From: Clostridia bacterium | GTDB lineage: Bacteria; Bacillota; Clostridia; TANB77; CAG-508 | DNA: 64,000 bases | Reading direction: 5' to 3' | Assembly (NCBI GenBank): GCA_017429505.1 | Contig: JAFROW010000009.1 | Location: 103,337 to 167,336, forward strand | In this document: positions 1 through 8,698 of the stretch, in pieces | How positions within the stretch are numbered: the stretch's first letter is position 1 | Layout of the letters: each line of letters opens with the position of its first letter | Translations under genes and position numbers: made by a program | Notes under the pieces: model-generated | The model's database searches: none | Seen by the model: the letters and a program-made list of their open reading frames with translations, nothing else | What the model was told of the DNA's origin: nothing

Positions 1-760
1 TCCCATGGTCATTTCCCCCTAACGGAATCCATCCAGTTCCTGTTGTTAGTTCTATTAGTAGTTCTTCTACTTCTCCATTTCCATTTATATCTCCATAATC
101 TTTTCTTTTAGAATCTTCATAAGATAATGGTAATTTAAAATTCAAGTTTTTTGTTAGAATAATATACTTTCCATTAAAATTATTTCTAGTATTTGTATAT
201 GTTATTGTTCCATTTTCATCAAATACTATTCCATTTACCTTATATGATAGCTCTACTAAATCTTCAATACAATTTATTTCATAATGTTTTTCTTTTGTTC
301 CAAAGTTCTTATCTGCTAATTCTGATGTTAATTTTTTTGTTGCTTCTTCATAATTTAAAAATTTCTCTCCCATATTTCCTTCATTATCTATTGTATATAT
401 TCTTTTTGATTTAAATAATATAGTAAATCCATCACCATCATCATATACATTTGCTTTATCACTACCTATTTCTGATTGTAAATCACTTTGTATAATTTTT
501 CTGTCCTTGTTTTTAGTTATAGCTTGCATAATTGCCATTTTTATTGTTTCTTTTTCTTCTGCTATTCCTGTTTCATCTCTTGCTTGTGTTGCTCGATTTA
601 TTAATGAATTATTTCCTGATATCATACTTATTGAAATTCCTGCTAATATTAAAAGAACAATTATTGTAACTACTAATGAAATTAATGTAATACCATAATT
701 GTTATTTTTTAAATTCTTTTTTTCTTTTTTATTTATCTTTTCTGCCATTTGCTTTTTCAT
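1..760 (-). CDS. Protein with a prepilin-type (class III) N-terminal signal; C-terminal part lies outside the window
   Basis: Not in the ORF track because it runs off the left edge. I translated it by hand from the ATG at 760-758, which has a purine-rich RBS-like stretch upstream. The product starts MKKQMAEKINKKEKKNLKNNNYGITLISLVVTIIVLLILAGISISMISGNNSLINRATQARDE..., and the frame stays open to position 1. A basic leader, then G|ITLIS, then about 20 hydrophobic residues is the type IV pilin/pseudopilin signature. Confidence 0.5.
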   Translation of the reverse strand, partial: MKKQMAEKINKKEKKNLKNNNYGITLISLVVTIIVLLILAGISISMISGNNSLINRATQARDETGIAEEKETIKMAIMQAITKNKDRKIIQSDLQSEIGSDKANVYDDGDGFTILFKSKRIYTIDNEGNMGEKFLNYEEATKKLTSELADKNFGTKEKHYEINCIEDLVELSYKVNGIVFDENGTITYTNTRNNFNGKYIILTKNLNFKLPLSYEDSKRKDYGDINGNGEVEELLIELTTGTGWIPLGGNDHG

Positions 761-1011
761 AAGTTTTTTCCTTCTTTCCTTCTTTTAATTTTAGACTTTT
801 AAAGAAAAGTTTTATATAATTATGATAACAATAAATATTTACAAAGTCAGGAAATTTAAAGAATTTTAAAAAAAAGAAAATGCAAAAATTATAGAAAAAT
901 TTAATAGTACATTCTTTGTTATTATAATTATTCTAATACATATATATAAATGGTAATATTTTGTTTAACTAAAAATACTCCTTTAAAAAAGTAAAAGTGC
1001 AAAAAAAGTAG

Positions 1012-1662
1012 CTACTCCTTTTCCTTCAAAAATAGAATCCACAAGTAAAATAATACAATCAATACAGCTATGTTTTTCAAATACAAAATTGCAATACTTC
1101 CAACAAATGTAAGTAAAAAAATAGTAATATTTGATAGTACTTTCATAATTTCATGAGCTTTTTTTTCGCGAAAAAAAATCCTAAAAATATTCCTTGCTAC
1201 TCTTCCTCCATCTAATGGATATAGTGGAATAAGATTAAAAAAGCATAACATTAAATTTGTATAAAAAATTAGATTCCTTAGCTCATTGTTTATTCCAAAA
1301 TTAAATTTATATAAAAACGCTGCAACCACCAAATTAAAAATAGGACCTGCTAACGCTACAAATATGTATTTTAACTCTGTTATATTTGCTTTAAAAATCT
1401 TTTTTTCATTGTTTGCATGTTTTTTTGATAACAAATTCATCGAAAATCCATTATTTCTATGTTTTGGTATCAACTTCATCGAAAATCCAAATGGCATTAT
1501 CTCAATTGTTTGTGGCTTAAATCCTAAAATTAATCCTACAATTAAATGTGATAATTCATGCAAAAGTGCAAATAACATTATAATTGAATAAATTTTTAAT
1601 TGCCCGGTTAAATAAAATAAAGCCAAAAAAAATAAGATTTTTAAATCTATTCTAAACTTCAC
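1012..1662 (-). CDS. M50 family site-2 zinc metalloprotease (SpoIVFB-like, no CBS domain)
   Basis: HELSHLIVG (HExxH) sits in a TM helix, and NLIPLYPLDGGRV is the second M50 motif. The protein is polytopic and hydrophobic, and lies directly downstream of an M23 peptidase gene, as in spoIVFA/FB-type pairs. Confidence 0.8.
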   Translation of the reverse strand: MKFRIDLKILFFLALFYLTGQLKIYSIIMLFALLHELSHLIVGLILGFKPQTIEIMPFGFSMKLIPKHRNNGFSMNLLSKKHANNEKKIFKANITELKYIFVALAGPIFNLVVAAFLYKFNFGINNELRNLIFYTNLMLCFFNLIPLYPLDGGRVARNIFRIFFREKKAHEIMKVLSNITIFLLTFVGSIAILYLKNIAVLIVLFYLWILFLKEKE

Positions 1663-1753
1663 TTAAAATTATATCCTTTCTAATCATAACAATTTTCAAT
1701 ATTTAAATTTGCAATAATATTTCTATTGAATTTTGTTAATCTATAACTTGAAT

Positions 1754-2860
1754 TTACAAATCTAAAATTAATTGTGGGTCAATTTTTTTTCCATTTCTTC
1801 TCACTTCAAAATGTAAATGCGGTCCTGTAGAGTTTCCTGTTGAACCCACTTCTGCAATCTCTTGTCCTTGTTTTACTATATCTCCTTCTTTTAAATATAG
1901 CTTTTTACAATGTGCATAAACCAAAATTACATCTTGAATTTGTATTTGATAATGATTTCCATAATCTCCTGCAGATGATGCCATTATAACTTTTCCATCT
2001 GTTGCGGATTTAATCTTTGTTCCTTCTACTGCTGCAATATCGACCCCTGTATGATATTTCGGCACTGTACTTGTTGTAGGATTTCTCCATCCAAAGCTAG
2101 AACTTATTCTTCCCTTTATAGGTGCAATAAAACTAATATTTTTCTTTATTTCTTTTGCTTCTTTTTCCATTTGCTCTTGTTCTGTGAGTTCTTCATCTTT
2201 TTTTTTACTTACTTCTCCATTATTTTTTGCTAATGCAACTTTATTTTTTTCCTTTTTATTTTCAGTGCTTTCTTCTAAATTCTCTTTTGCTTCTCCTTCT
2301 AAGCTCTCTTCAGCCCCTCCTATATTTTCATCTTTAGATACATTAGCTTGTTCATTTTTCTTCTCTTTGTTTTCTCCTTGTGATTGCGCATCTTGAAGCT
2401 GTTCATTTTCTAGTATTTTGCTTTGTTGTCCCTCTTGATTTTCTTTCACATTCTCTTGCTGATTTGCATCTATTTTATTTTCTTCTGTTCCTTTTTCTTT
2501 ATTTGCGTTTTCCTCATTTACTACGCCTGTATTGTTTTCATCATCTTCAAAAAAACTTAATACAAAATTTTTTACTTTTGAATAAACTTCGTGAGTATTT
2601 ATTTTTTCTGTATAAAACGTATTTACCGAATTTCTAAAATCTTCCGAAAATATGTATTCTCTGTTTGTAACAGCATAAAAAATAACATAAATAGAAAGAC
2701 ACACAAAAATCTGCATAAATAACCTTTTTATAGTTCTTTTTTTATTTGCATTTTTTGTTTTGGAATTGATTATTGGAGTTTTTGTATATACTCCATTTCT
2801 TCTATTATATATATCTTCTGCCTTTCTAATTCTCTCTTCAACAGACATTGCTCTTTCCAT
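1754..2860 (-). CDS. M23 (LytM-type) peptidase, membrane anchored, with an acidic/Lys-rich linker
   Basis: The C-terminus reads HTGVDIAA...GSTGNSTGPHLHFEVR, the M23 metal-binding motifs. The likely start is the ATG at 2860 (MERAMSVEE) with a GAGGAG RBS 7 nt upstream. The longer track ORF to 2959 has no RBS and crosses a structured leader. Confidence 0.85.
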   Translation of the reverse strand: MERAMSVEERIRKAEDIYNRRNGVYTKTPIINSKTKNANKKRTIKRLFMQIFVCLSIYVIFYAVTNREYIFSEDFRNSVNTFYTEKINTHEVYSKVKNFVLSFFEDDENNTGVVNEENANKEKGTEENKIDANQQENVKENQEGQQSKILENEQLQDAQSQGENKEKKNEQANVSKDENIGGAEESLEGEAKENLEESTENKKEKNKVALAKNNGEVSKKKDEELTEQEQMEKEAKEIKKNISFIAPIKGRISSSFGWRNPTTSTVPKYHTGVDIAAVEGTKIKSATDGKVIMASSAGDYGNHYQIQIQDVILVYAHCKKLYLKEGDIVKQGQEIAEVGSTGNSTGPHLHFEVRRNGKKIDPQLILDL

Positions 2861-2874
2861 ACACACTCTCCTCT

Positions 2875-2940
2875 CTTTTTGGGACGGAGCAAAAAAGTAA
2901 CCTTCTATTTGAAATTTGAAGCCTATTCTGTCCCAAAAAG
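2875..2940 (-). promoter_or_regulatory. Leader hairpin abutting the RBS of the M23 peptidase gene
   Basis: On the minus strand, CTTTTTGGGACAG (2940-2928) pairs with CTCCGTCCCAAAAAG (2889-2875) across a 38-nt loop. The 3' arm ends directly at the GAGGAG RBS. The same CCGTCCCAAAAAG motif recurs at 3178-3193 and 13061-13076. Confidence 0.35.
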
Positions 2941-3218
2941 CACTTAAAAACTTGTACATCTTTTTTTAATGTATATTCTGCGCAAAATTTTTTATGCAAA
3001 TAATATTTTAAAAAAGCACCTACAAGAATTCTTAAAATATTATCAAAAAATCCATAAAAAAATGTCAATAAAGGTCTTAAAAAATATCAGTAAAATCTTG
3101 ACAAATACTGATAAACGTGGTATTTTAAGTATAAAAAGAAATGTAAAATTTTTTACTAAATTTAAGGTAGCTTTTTTCCTCCGTCCCAAAAAGTAACCTT
3201 AGAAAGGAATTTGAAAAT

Positions 3219-4511
3219 ATGGTTTTAGGAATAGTTGCAGAATACAACCCATTTCATAATGGACACTTATATCATCTTTTAAAATCAAAAGAAGAAGCAA
3301 GAAAAAGCATAAACGCAAATCAAAAAACAAACCATAGCATAAACACTATCACTACTCAAAGTAAAAATCTAGTTGAAGATGCTGTAATAGCAGTAATCGG
3401 TGGCAATTTCACGCAAAGAGGTGAACCTTCACTTTTAGACAAGTGGTGTAAAGCGGAGATGGCTATTGCCAATGGCGCAGACTTAGTAATTGAGCTCCCT
3501 ATACTTTATTCAATATCTAGTGCAGAAAATTTTGCTGATGGAGCAATAAAGATTTTAAATTCCTTAAAAATTGTTGACTCAGTTTCTTTTGGAACAGAAA
3601 CAGAAGATTTAAATAAACTCAATATTATTGCAAATACTTTATTTAAAGAGCCGAAAGAGTTTAAAGATTTACTCTCTAGTGAACTAAAATGTGGAAAGTC
3701 TTTTCCTAAAGCAAGAGAACAAGCTTTAATTAAATACTTGAAAGATCCTACTTTTTCCTCAATAATGTCATCTCCCAACAATATTTTAGGGATTGAATAC
3801 TTAAAAGCTCTAAAAAAATATAGCTCAAATATTAAGCCAATAAATATTTTAAGAAAAGATGTAGGACATTTAAGCTTGGACTATACAGGGCAAATTGCAA
3901 GTGCAACAGCTGTAAGGAATTTGTTTTATAGTAATCGCCTAAGAGATGTAAAAACATATATAACTCCTGCAAGTTTTACAATTCTTTCTGAAGAGGCAAA
4001 AAAAGGACATTTTGTAAAAGATCTATCAAGATATGAAAATATTATTATATATAATTTAAGAAATATGCCTTTAGAAAAAATCGCAAATTTACCTGATGTT
4101 TCTGAAGGTTTAGAATATCTTATAAAAAAAGCTGCAAATTCATGTAATACAATTTATGAATTTATTAATATTGTACGTTCTAAAAGATATACAGAAACAA
4201 GAATTAAGCGAATTCTTCTATATTGTTTGCTTGGAATAACAAAAAAAGATATGGCAATTTCTAAAAAAACAACACCATATATAAGAATTTTAGGATTTAA
4301 TGATAAAGGCAAAAATCTAATTTCTCAAATAAAAAGAGCAAATCCAAAACTTAATATTATTACTTCTGTAAAAAAATTTGAGGATATTAATTTGAATAAA
4401 AATTTAAAAATTATGCTAGGTAAAGATATTTTGGCAACTAATGTTTATACATTAGGATATAGCCATGATTCTTGGGCAAATTTAGATTATACAAAAAAAG
4501 TTATTCATTAA
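3219..4511 (+). CDS. tmcAL: tRNA(Met) cytidine acetate ligase (YlbM/UPF0348 nucleotidyltransferase)
   Basis: The N-terminus GIVAEYNPFHNGHLYHL is the HxGH nucleotidyltransferase motif characteristic of YlbM/TmcAL. The length of about 430 aa fits that family. Confidence 0.8.
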   Translation: MVLGIVAEYNPFHNGHLYHLLKSKEEARKSINANQKTNHSINTITTQSKNLVEDAVIAVIGGNFTQRGEPSLLDKWCKAEMAIANGADLVIELPILYSISSAENFADGAIKILNSLKIVDSVSFGTETEDLNKLNIIANTLFKEPKEFKDLLSSELKCGKSFPKAREQALIKYLKDPTFSSIMSSPNNILGIEYLKALKKYSSNIKPINILRKDVGHLSLDYTGQIASATAVRNLFYSNRLRDVKTYITPASFTILSEEAKKGHFVKDLSRYENIIIYNLRNMPLEKIANLPDVSEGLEYLIKKAANSCNTIYEFINIVRSKRYTETRIKRILLYCLLGITKKDMAISKKTTPYIRILGFNDKGKNLISQIKRANPKLNIITSVKKFEDINLNKNLKIMLGKDILATNVYTLGYSHDSWANLDYTKKVIH

Positions 4512-4518
4512 TAATTAT

Positions 4519-4642
4519 TGATTAATATATAATTTTGAAATTTATGCGCTGGTGCAAAAACCTATTAAATTATAAATTTTAAAACTTATGCGCTGGTGCG
4601 AAAGCGACTTCAGTCATAAATTTAAAAATTATATATTAATCA
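4519..4642. repeat. Palindromic intergenic element, copy E1 (28-bp arms, GC-richer core with an internal direct repeat)
   Basis: TGATTAATATATAATTTTGAAATTTATG (4519-4546) matches the reverse complement of 4615-4642 at 27 of 28 positions. The core holds TTATGCGCTGGTGC twice (4542-4555 and 4587-4600). Arm starts and core ends resemble the elements at 35294-35492 and 38348-38467. Confidence 0.6.
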
Positions 4643-4744
4643 TATTTATTTACAATTCTTTCAATGCGAAAAATTTAATCAAAAATTTCTCTCTGTTTTT
4701 TCAAACTTTGCTCTATATTATATTAATTTTAAAAAAAATTTCTA

Positions 4745-4767
4745 TTACCCCCTTTTTTTGGGGGTAA
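4745..4767 (-). terminator. Rho-independent terminator candidate downstream of the CotH-like gene
   Basis: TTACCCCC-TTTTTTT-GGGGGTAA is a perfect 8-bp GC-rich stem. On the minus strand it is followed by a T-run (AGAAATTTTTTTT). Confidence 0.55.
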
Positions 4768-4940
4768 CGTGAGGATTGACTATAGCTCAATTTCAAGCAA
4801 CAAAAAATCTTTTTCGTTTCTTTTTATTTAAAAAATCTTAAAACAGCCTATAAATCGCATTTATACCATAAATAAATTATACTCTCACGTCACTAATTTA
4901 CTTACAAAAAACCTTTACAAATATTTTTAAAATAATAATA

Positions 4941-6245
4941 TTATCCCTCACGAAAAGCGACTAATCTCACAAAAAAATCTTTCCATTCTAACAAAAATTT
5001 TATAAACCTATTATACACACTTTGTCGTCTTTGTTTCATAATCCCATCAACAAAATCAAGCCTTACATCTATGAATTCTTCAATTTGCTCCATTCCGTAA
5101 CCCGGTATCTCTTGCCATTTTTGTTTTTCTTTTTCAAAACTTTCCTCAGGAATGCTCGCTTTAAAATTTTTAAATTCATTTAAAATATTTTCTTTTGAAA
5201 AAATATCTTTCCTTAAATCAAACCATCTTTTTGAAACATCATTTGGCATGGTTTTTATCATTCTTAAAAACAAGTTATTTGTTGAATGGTCTGCAATTTC
5301 ATCTTCTGGAACAATTTTGTAAGATTCATTTAAAGTCCCATCTGTCCATGTTCCCCAAGTACTATCTAAATCATACAAACATGGATACCAAGTTTTTCCA
5401 TTGTTGTAAGTTAAAAGCATCATATTTTTTCCAGTGTTGTCTATTCCCTCTATTAAATATATCATAGCTAAATAATTTAAAGTCGCATCCTTGTTTAGAT
5501 AATTGTCAAAATCCCTAACAAATTCTTCATCTGAGCTATTGTTTATAAAATTTACCAATCTATTGAAATTTGTTACTGTTTCTTTATTAGTCTTTCCTGC
5601 TTCAACTTCCCAGCCTGTTCCATCAAATCCATCTAAATACTTTTTAAAATTAACGTAGTCTGTATACCATCCGCCCTCTAATACCAAGTGTTCAGGATTA
5701 TCTTTGTCTATATTAAACATCCACTCATCTTTTGGAATATTCCAAGTATATAACCCTAAAAATTCATTATTTACATATACTTCTACAGGAAAACCATCAA
5801 TAGATCCATGATTTGGAAGTTCATTTAAAACACCATATTTTTCTTGAATCTTTCCCGCAAGTCTTGCAGATACTATATTTCGAGAATGAGTTTTATCTAT
5901 CCAATTTGCTTTTAAATTGTATTTACTCTGCTCTCCCCAACCTTTTTGCATATCTACTTTCGACTTTTTTTCAAAAGAATCATTTTCATAAAAATTAATA
6001 GTATAATTCTTTTTATCATAAACTAAACTTGATGATCCTTGAACCTTTATTTTGGTATATTTTTCAAAGTTTAAATCATCACTTTTAAATTTCAGCAAAA
6101 TATTTCTTTCATCCTTTTTATCTGTCATATTTGAAATATTTCCTTCAAAATATACCTTTGGAATTTCTGAAGCTTTGCTTTTTGCGCAATTCATAAACAT
6201 AATAAAAAAGGATAGAAATATTATAAAATAAACTTTTTTCTTCAT
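4941..6245 (-). CDS. CotH family (spore-coat kinase-like) secreted protein
   Basis: It has an N-terminal signal/TM (KKVYFIIFLSFFIMFMNCAKS). Internal stretches such as GFPVEVYVNNEFLGLYTW, NYLAMIYLIEGIDNTGKNMML and WYPCLYDLDSTWG match my memory of CotH family blocks. Confidence 0.7.
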   Translation of the reverse strand: MKKKVYFIIFLSFFIMFMNCAKSKASEIPKVYFEGNISNMTDKKDERNILLKFKSDDLNFEKYTKIKVQGSSSLVYDKKNYTINFYENDSFEKKSKVDMQKGWGEQSKYNLKANWIDKTHSRNIVSARLAGKIQEKYGVLNELPNHGSIDGFPVEVYVNNEFLGLYTWNIPKDEWMFNIDKDNPEHLVLEGGWYTDYVNFKKYLDGFDGTGWEVEAGKTNKETVTNFNRLVNFINNSSDEEFVRDFDNYLNKDATLNYLAMIYLIEGIDNTGKNMMLLTYNNGKTWYPCLYDLDSTWGTWTDGTLNESYKIVPEDEIADHSTNNLFLRMIKTMPNDVSKRWFDLRKDIFSKENILNEFKNFKASIPEESFEKEKQKWQEIPGYGMEQIEEFIDVRLDFVDGIMKQRRQSVYNRFIKFLLEWKDFFVRLVAFREG

Positions 6246-6328
6246 AATTTTTCACCCTTTTTATTATTTACTATTTTATATAATTTTATTATGGATATAT
6301 TTAGGTTATTTTCAATTAATCTAAAGAC

Positions 6329-8155
6329 TTATTTTGATAATTTCTCCAAAATTTCAATTTCTTGTTTCAAATTTTCATCTTTAATTTGCTCGTTTTCGCT
6401 TGTAATATATTGTTTAATTGTATTAAACACATTTTTATATGTATCACTCACACTAAGTTTTACAGATGTTCTTTCATTTCTACCAAGCATTACGTGAATT
6501 TCATCTTCTGAATCATTAAAATCCTTAATTCCTATTGCGGGTATAATTACGAATCTTTGCTCTCCTGTTCTTTCATACATTATCCAATTTTTTATTGCAT
6601 TTGCATATCTTGTAAGAGCAATTGCCTTTCTAATTCCTGTATTATCATAATGTTCCTCTTGTTCAGCAAAACTTACAACTTCAGAATTGCTAAATTCTTT
6701 GCCATCTCTATCTTTGTATGAAACACTCAAGTTCAAATTTCCACTTGTTTTTTCATTCTTTTTGTTTAGTCTTAAAATAATAATTCCTCCTTTTACCTCT
6801 CCATTTGATGTGGTTTTAGATGGAAATAAAGTATTTACTCTCATTATATTTCCATTATATTTATTTGCTTTGTCTGATCCATATACACTTGCTATTTCAT
6901 AGTCTTCTGATTTTAAATTTAACTCTAAATCAAATACAAGAGGTGTTACCATATATTCAAATTCTTCACCCATTCTGTTTTTAAATTCTTTTGAATTATG
7001 TACAGAATAGTAGTTAGCTCCTTTAACATCTGAAATTGCTTCTGTAAGTTCTGTATTAAAATCAACTCCAACTCCTATAAATGAAGTATAAACTCCTTTG
7101 TCTGCATTTTCTTTTACAAATTTCATCAATCCTTCATCATCTGTTCTTCCATAATTTGGCATTGCATCTGTAATTACAATAATTCTATTTTCATATTCAT
7201 AAGAATTAACATTTAAATATTCTTCAAATAATTCTGTAGCTTTTGTGTATCCTGCTTCAAAATTTGTTCCACCACGCGCTCCTATTTCTAAAACATGATT
7301 TTTTATAGCATTTATATCTGTATCACTTACTAAAGAAATAGGTTTTCCAAGATAAGCTGAATCATCAAACAAAACCATTCCAATTCTATCATCATCTTTT
7401 AATTGGTCTAACAAAACATTTACAGATTCATTTGCTATTTGCATTTTAGATTTATTGTCATCTTCAGTTTTTTCTTTTTTTTGTGTCCCTGTAAATTGGT
7501 CATAATAATATGAGTTAAAACTTGAACTCATTGAACCTGAAATATCTAGAACAACAACTAAGTTTAATTTTTTTCTTTTAAAATCACTTTGCTTAATATT
7601 TGAATTAAGTCCAACTGTCATATATAACTCATTTTTTTCTGATATTGGATCTTTTGAAACAGCTGTAGAATATGCTGGAGAAAATAGTTCCTTGGCTTCC
7701 TTTTTTGCACCAGTATCAAAAGTGTAGTCATAAAATAATCCATTATATGTTATATCTGTAGCAATTGGAAAATATCCATTTTTTATATTTTCTCTAAAAT
7801 TATTTATATCTTTTGCTCCACCTGTAGAAAATCCGATTGTTCTGCTATTGGTAGATTCTGAAGCTACTGCACTATCCATAGAGCTAGAGCCTGAAGCTGC
7901 AGCTCCATCTATACTAGTTGATCCTGTTATTGAATTTGGTGTAAGACTTTTTGCCATTCCGCTGAAAAATCCACTAGAATTTTCATATGCTTGTTTTTCA
8001 TCATATTCCCAATCATCTTTTTTAGCTAGTATTGTTTGACCTTTGTTGTTTAGTTTAATAACTAATGTCGAAATTACTATTGCAGCTAAAATGATTATAA
8101 TTATTGACAATATTACTCCAAATTTTAGACTAATTTTTATTGGTTTCTTTTCCAT
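6329..8155 (-). CDS. Membrane-anchored von Willebrand factor A domain protein (YfbK-like layout)
   Basis: An N-terminal TM is followed by a MIDAS motif, VVVLDISGSMSS. The region upstream of the vWA domain (DINNFRENIKNGYFP...YNGLFYDYTF) resembles the vWA N-terminal companion domain. Confidence 0.75.
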   Translation of the reverse strand: MEKKPIKISLKFGVILSIIIIILAAIVISTLVIKLNNKGQTILAKKDDWEYDEKQAYENSSGFFSGMAKSLTPNSITGSTSIDGAAASGSSSMDSAVASESTNSRTIGFSTGGAKDINNFRENIKNGYFPIATDITYNGLFYDYTFDTGAKKEAKELFSPAYSTAVSKDPISEKNELYMTVGLNSNIKQSDFKRKKLNLVVVLDISGSMSSSFNSYYYDQFTGTQKKEKTEDDNKSKMQIANESVNVLLDQLKDDDRIGMVLFDDSAYLGKPISLVSDTDINAIKNHVLEIGARGGTNFEAGYTKATELFEEYLNVNSYEYENRIIVITDAMPNYGRTDDEGLMKFVKENADKGVYTSFIGVGVDFNTELTEAISDVKGANYYSVHNSKEFKNRMGEEFEYMVTPLVFDLELNLKSEDYEIASVYGSDKANKYNGNIMRVNTLFPSKTTSNGEVKGGIIILRLNKKNEKTSGNLNLSVSYKDRDGKEFSNSEVVSFAEQEEHYDNTGIRKAIALTRYANAIKNWIMYERTGEQRFVIIPAIGIKDFNDSEDEIHVMLGRNERTSVKLSVSDTYKNVFNTIKQYITSENEQIKDENLKQEIEILEKLSK

Positions 8156-8192
8156 ATCTTTTTATACCTCCATTCTATACTTTTATAATATT

Positions 8193-8234
8193 CTAAAAAA
8201 TTTGAAAGCACCCCAAAAAATTTAGTGTGCTTTC
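8193..8234 (-). terminator. Terminator candidate after rnhA
   Basis: GAAAGCAC (8204-8211) pairs with GTGCTTTC (8227-8234). A T-run follows on the minus strand. Confidence 0.5.
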
Positions 8235-8245
8235 ATAGTTTTCAT

Positions 8246-8680
8246 TTATAGCTTTTCAATTTCGGCTCTTGCCAATTCATCACACCTATTATTTAGCTCA
8301 ACGTCACTATGTCCTTTAACTTTGTTAAAATTTACTTTGTGCTTTTTAGTTAGCCTGTATATTTCTTGCCAAATTTCTTTATTTTTAACTTCTTTGCCAT
8401 CAGCTGTTTTCCAACCTTTTTTTATCCAGTTATAAATCCACCCCTGATTAAAGGCATTAACAGAATATGCACTATCACTATAAAGCTCAACCTCACATTC
8501 TGTTTTCAATGCTTTTAATGCTTCCAAAATTGCTGTTAATTCCATTATGTTATTTGTAGTATCTTTACATCCACCTGAAATTTCTTTTTTATGTTCTCCA
8601 TAAATTAGCACAGCTGCCCATCCTCCTGGACCAGGATTTCCTGAACACGCTCCATCAGTATAAATCGTAACTTTTTGCAT
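8246..8680 (-). CDS. rnhA: Ribonuclease HI
   Basis: [30 protein letters not shown] and [14 protein letters not shown] are the classic RNase H type 1 catalytic blocks. Length is 144 aa. Confidence 0.9.
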   Translation of the reverse strand: MQKVTIYTDGACSGNPGPGGWAAVLIYGEHKKEISGGCKDTTNNIMELTAILEALKALKTECEVELYSDSAYSVNAFNQGWIYNWIKKGWKTADGKEVKNKEIWQEIYRLTKKHKVNFNKVKGHSDVELNNRCDELARAEIEKL

Positions 8681-8698
8681 TCTATCTCCTTTTCGTTA

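Noticed and set aside
193-698. Track ORFs 193-414 and 507-698 on the plus strand
   Set aside because: They are antisense shadows of the long minus-strand pilin-signal ORF that runs off the left edge. Their products are Leu/Phe/Ile-rich junk sequences with no RBS.
2051-2637. Three plus-strand ORFs (2051-2233, 2184-2396, 2380-2637) inside the M23 peptidase gene
   Set aside because: They lie antisense to the Glu/Lys-rich linker of a well-supported gene. Their low-complexity Phe/Ser/Leu translations are typical of shadow frames.
2838-3196. ORFs 2838-3068 (minus) and 2969-3196 (plus) in the divergent intergenic region
   Set aside because: They have no RBS and overlap the promoter and leader structures of the M23 and tmcAL genes. 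Composition is consistent with AT-rich noncoding DNA.
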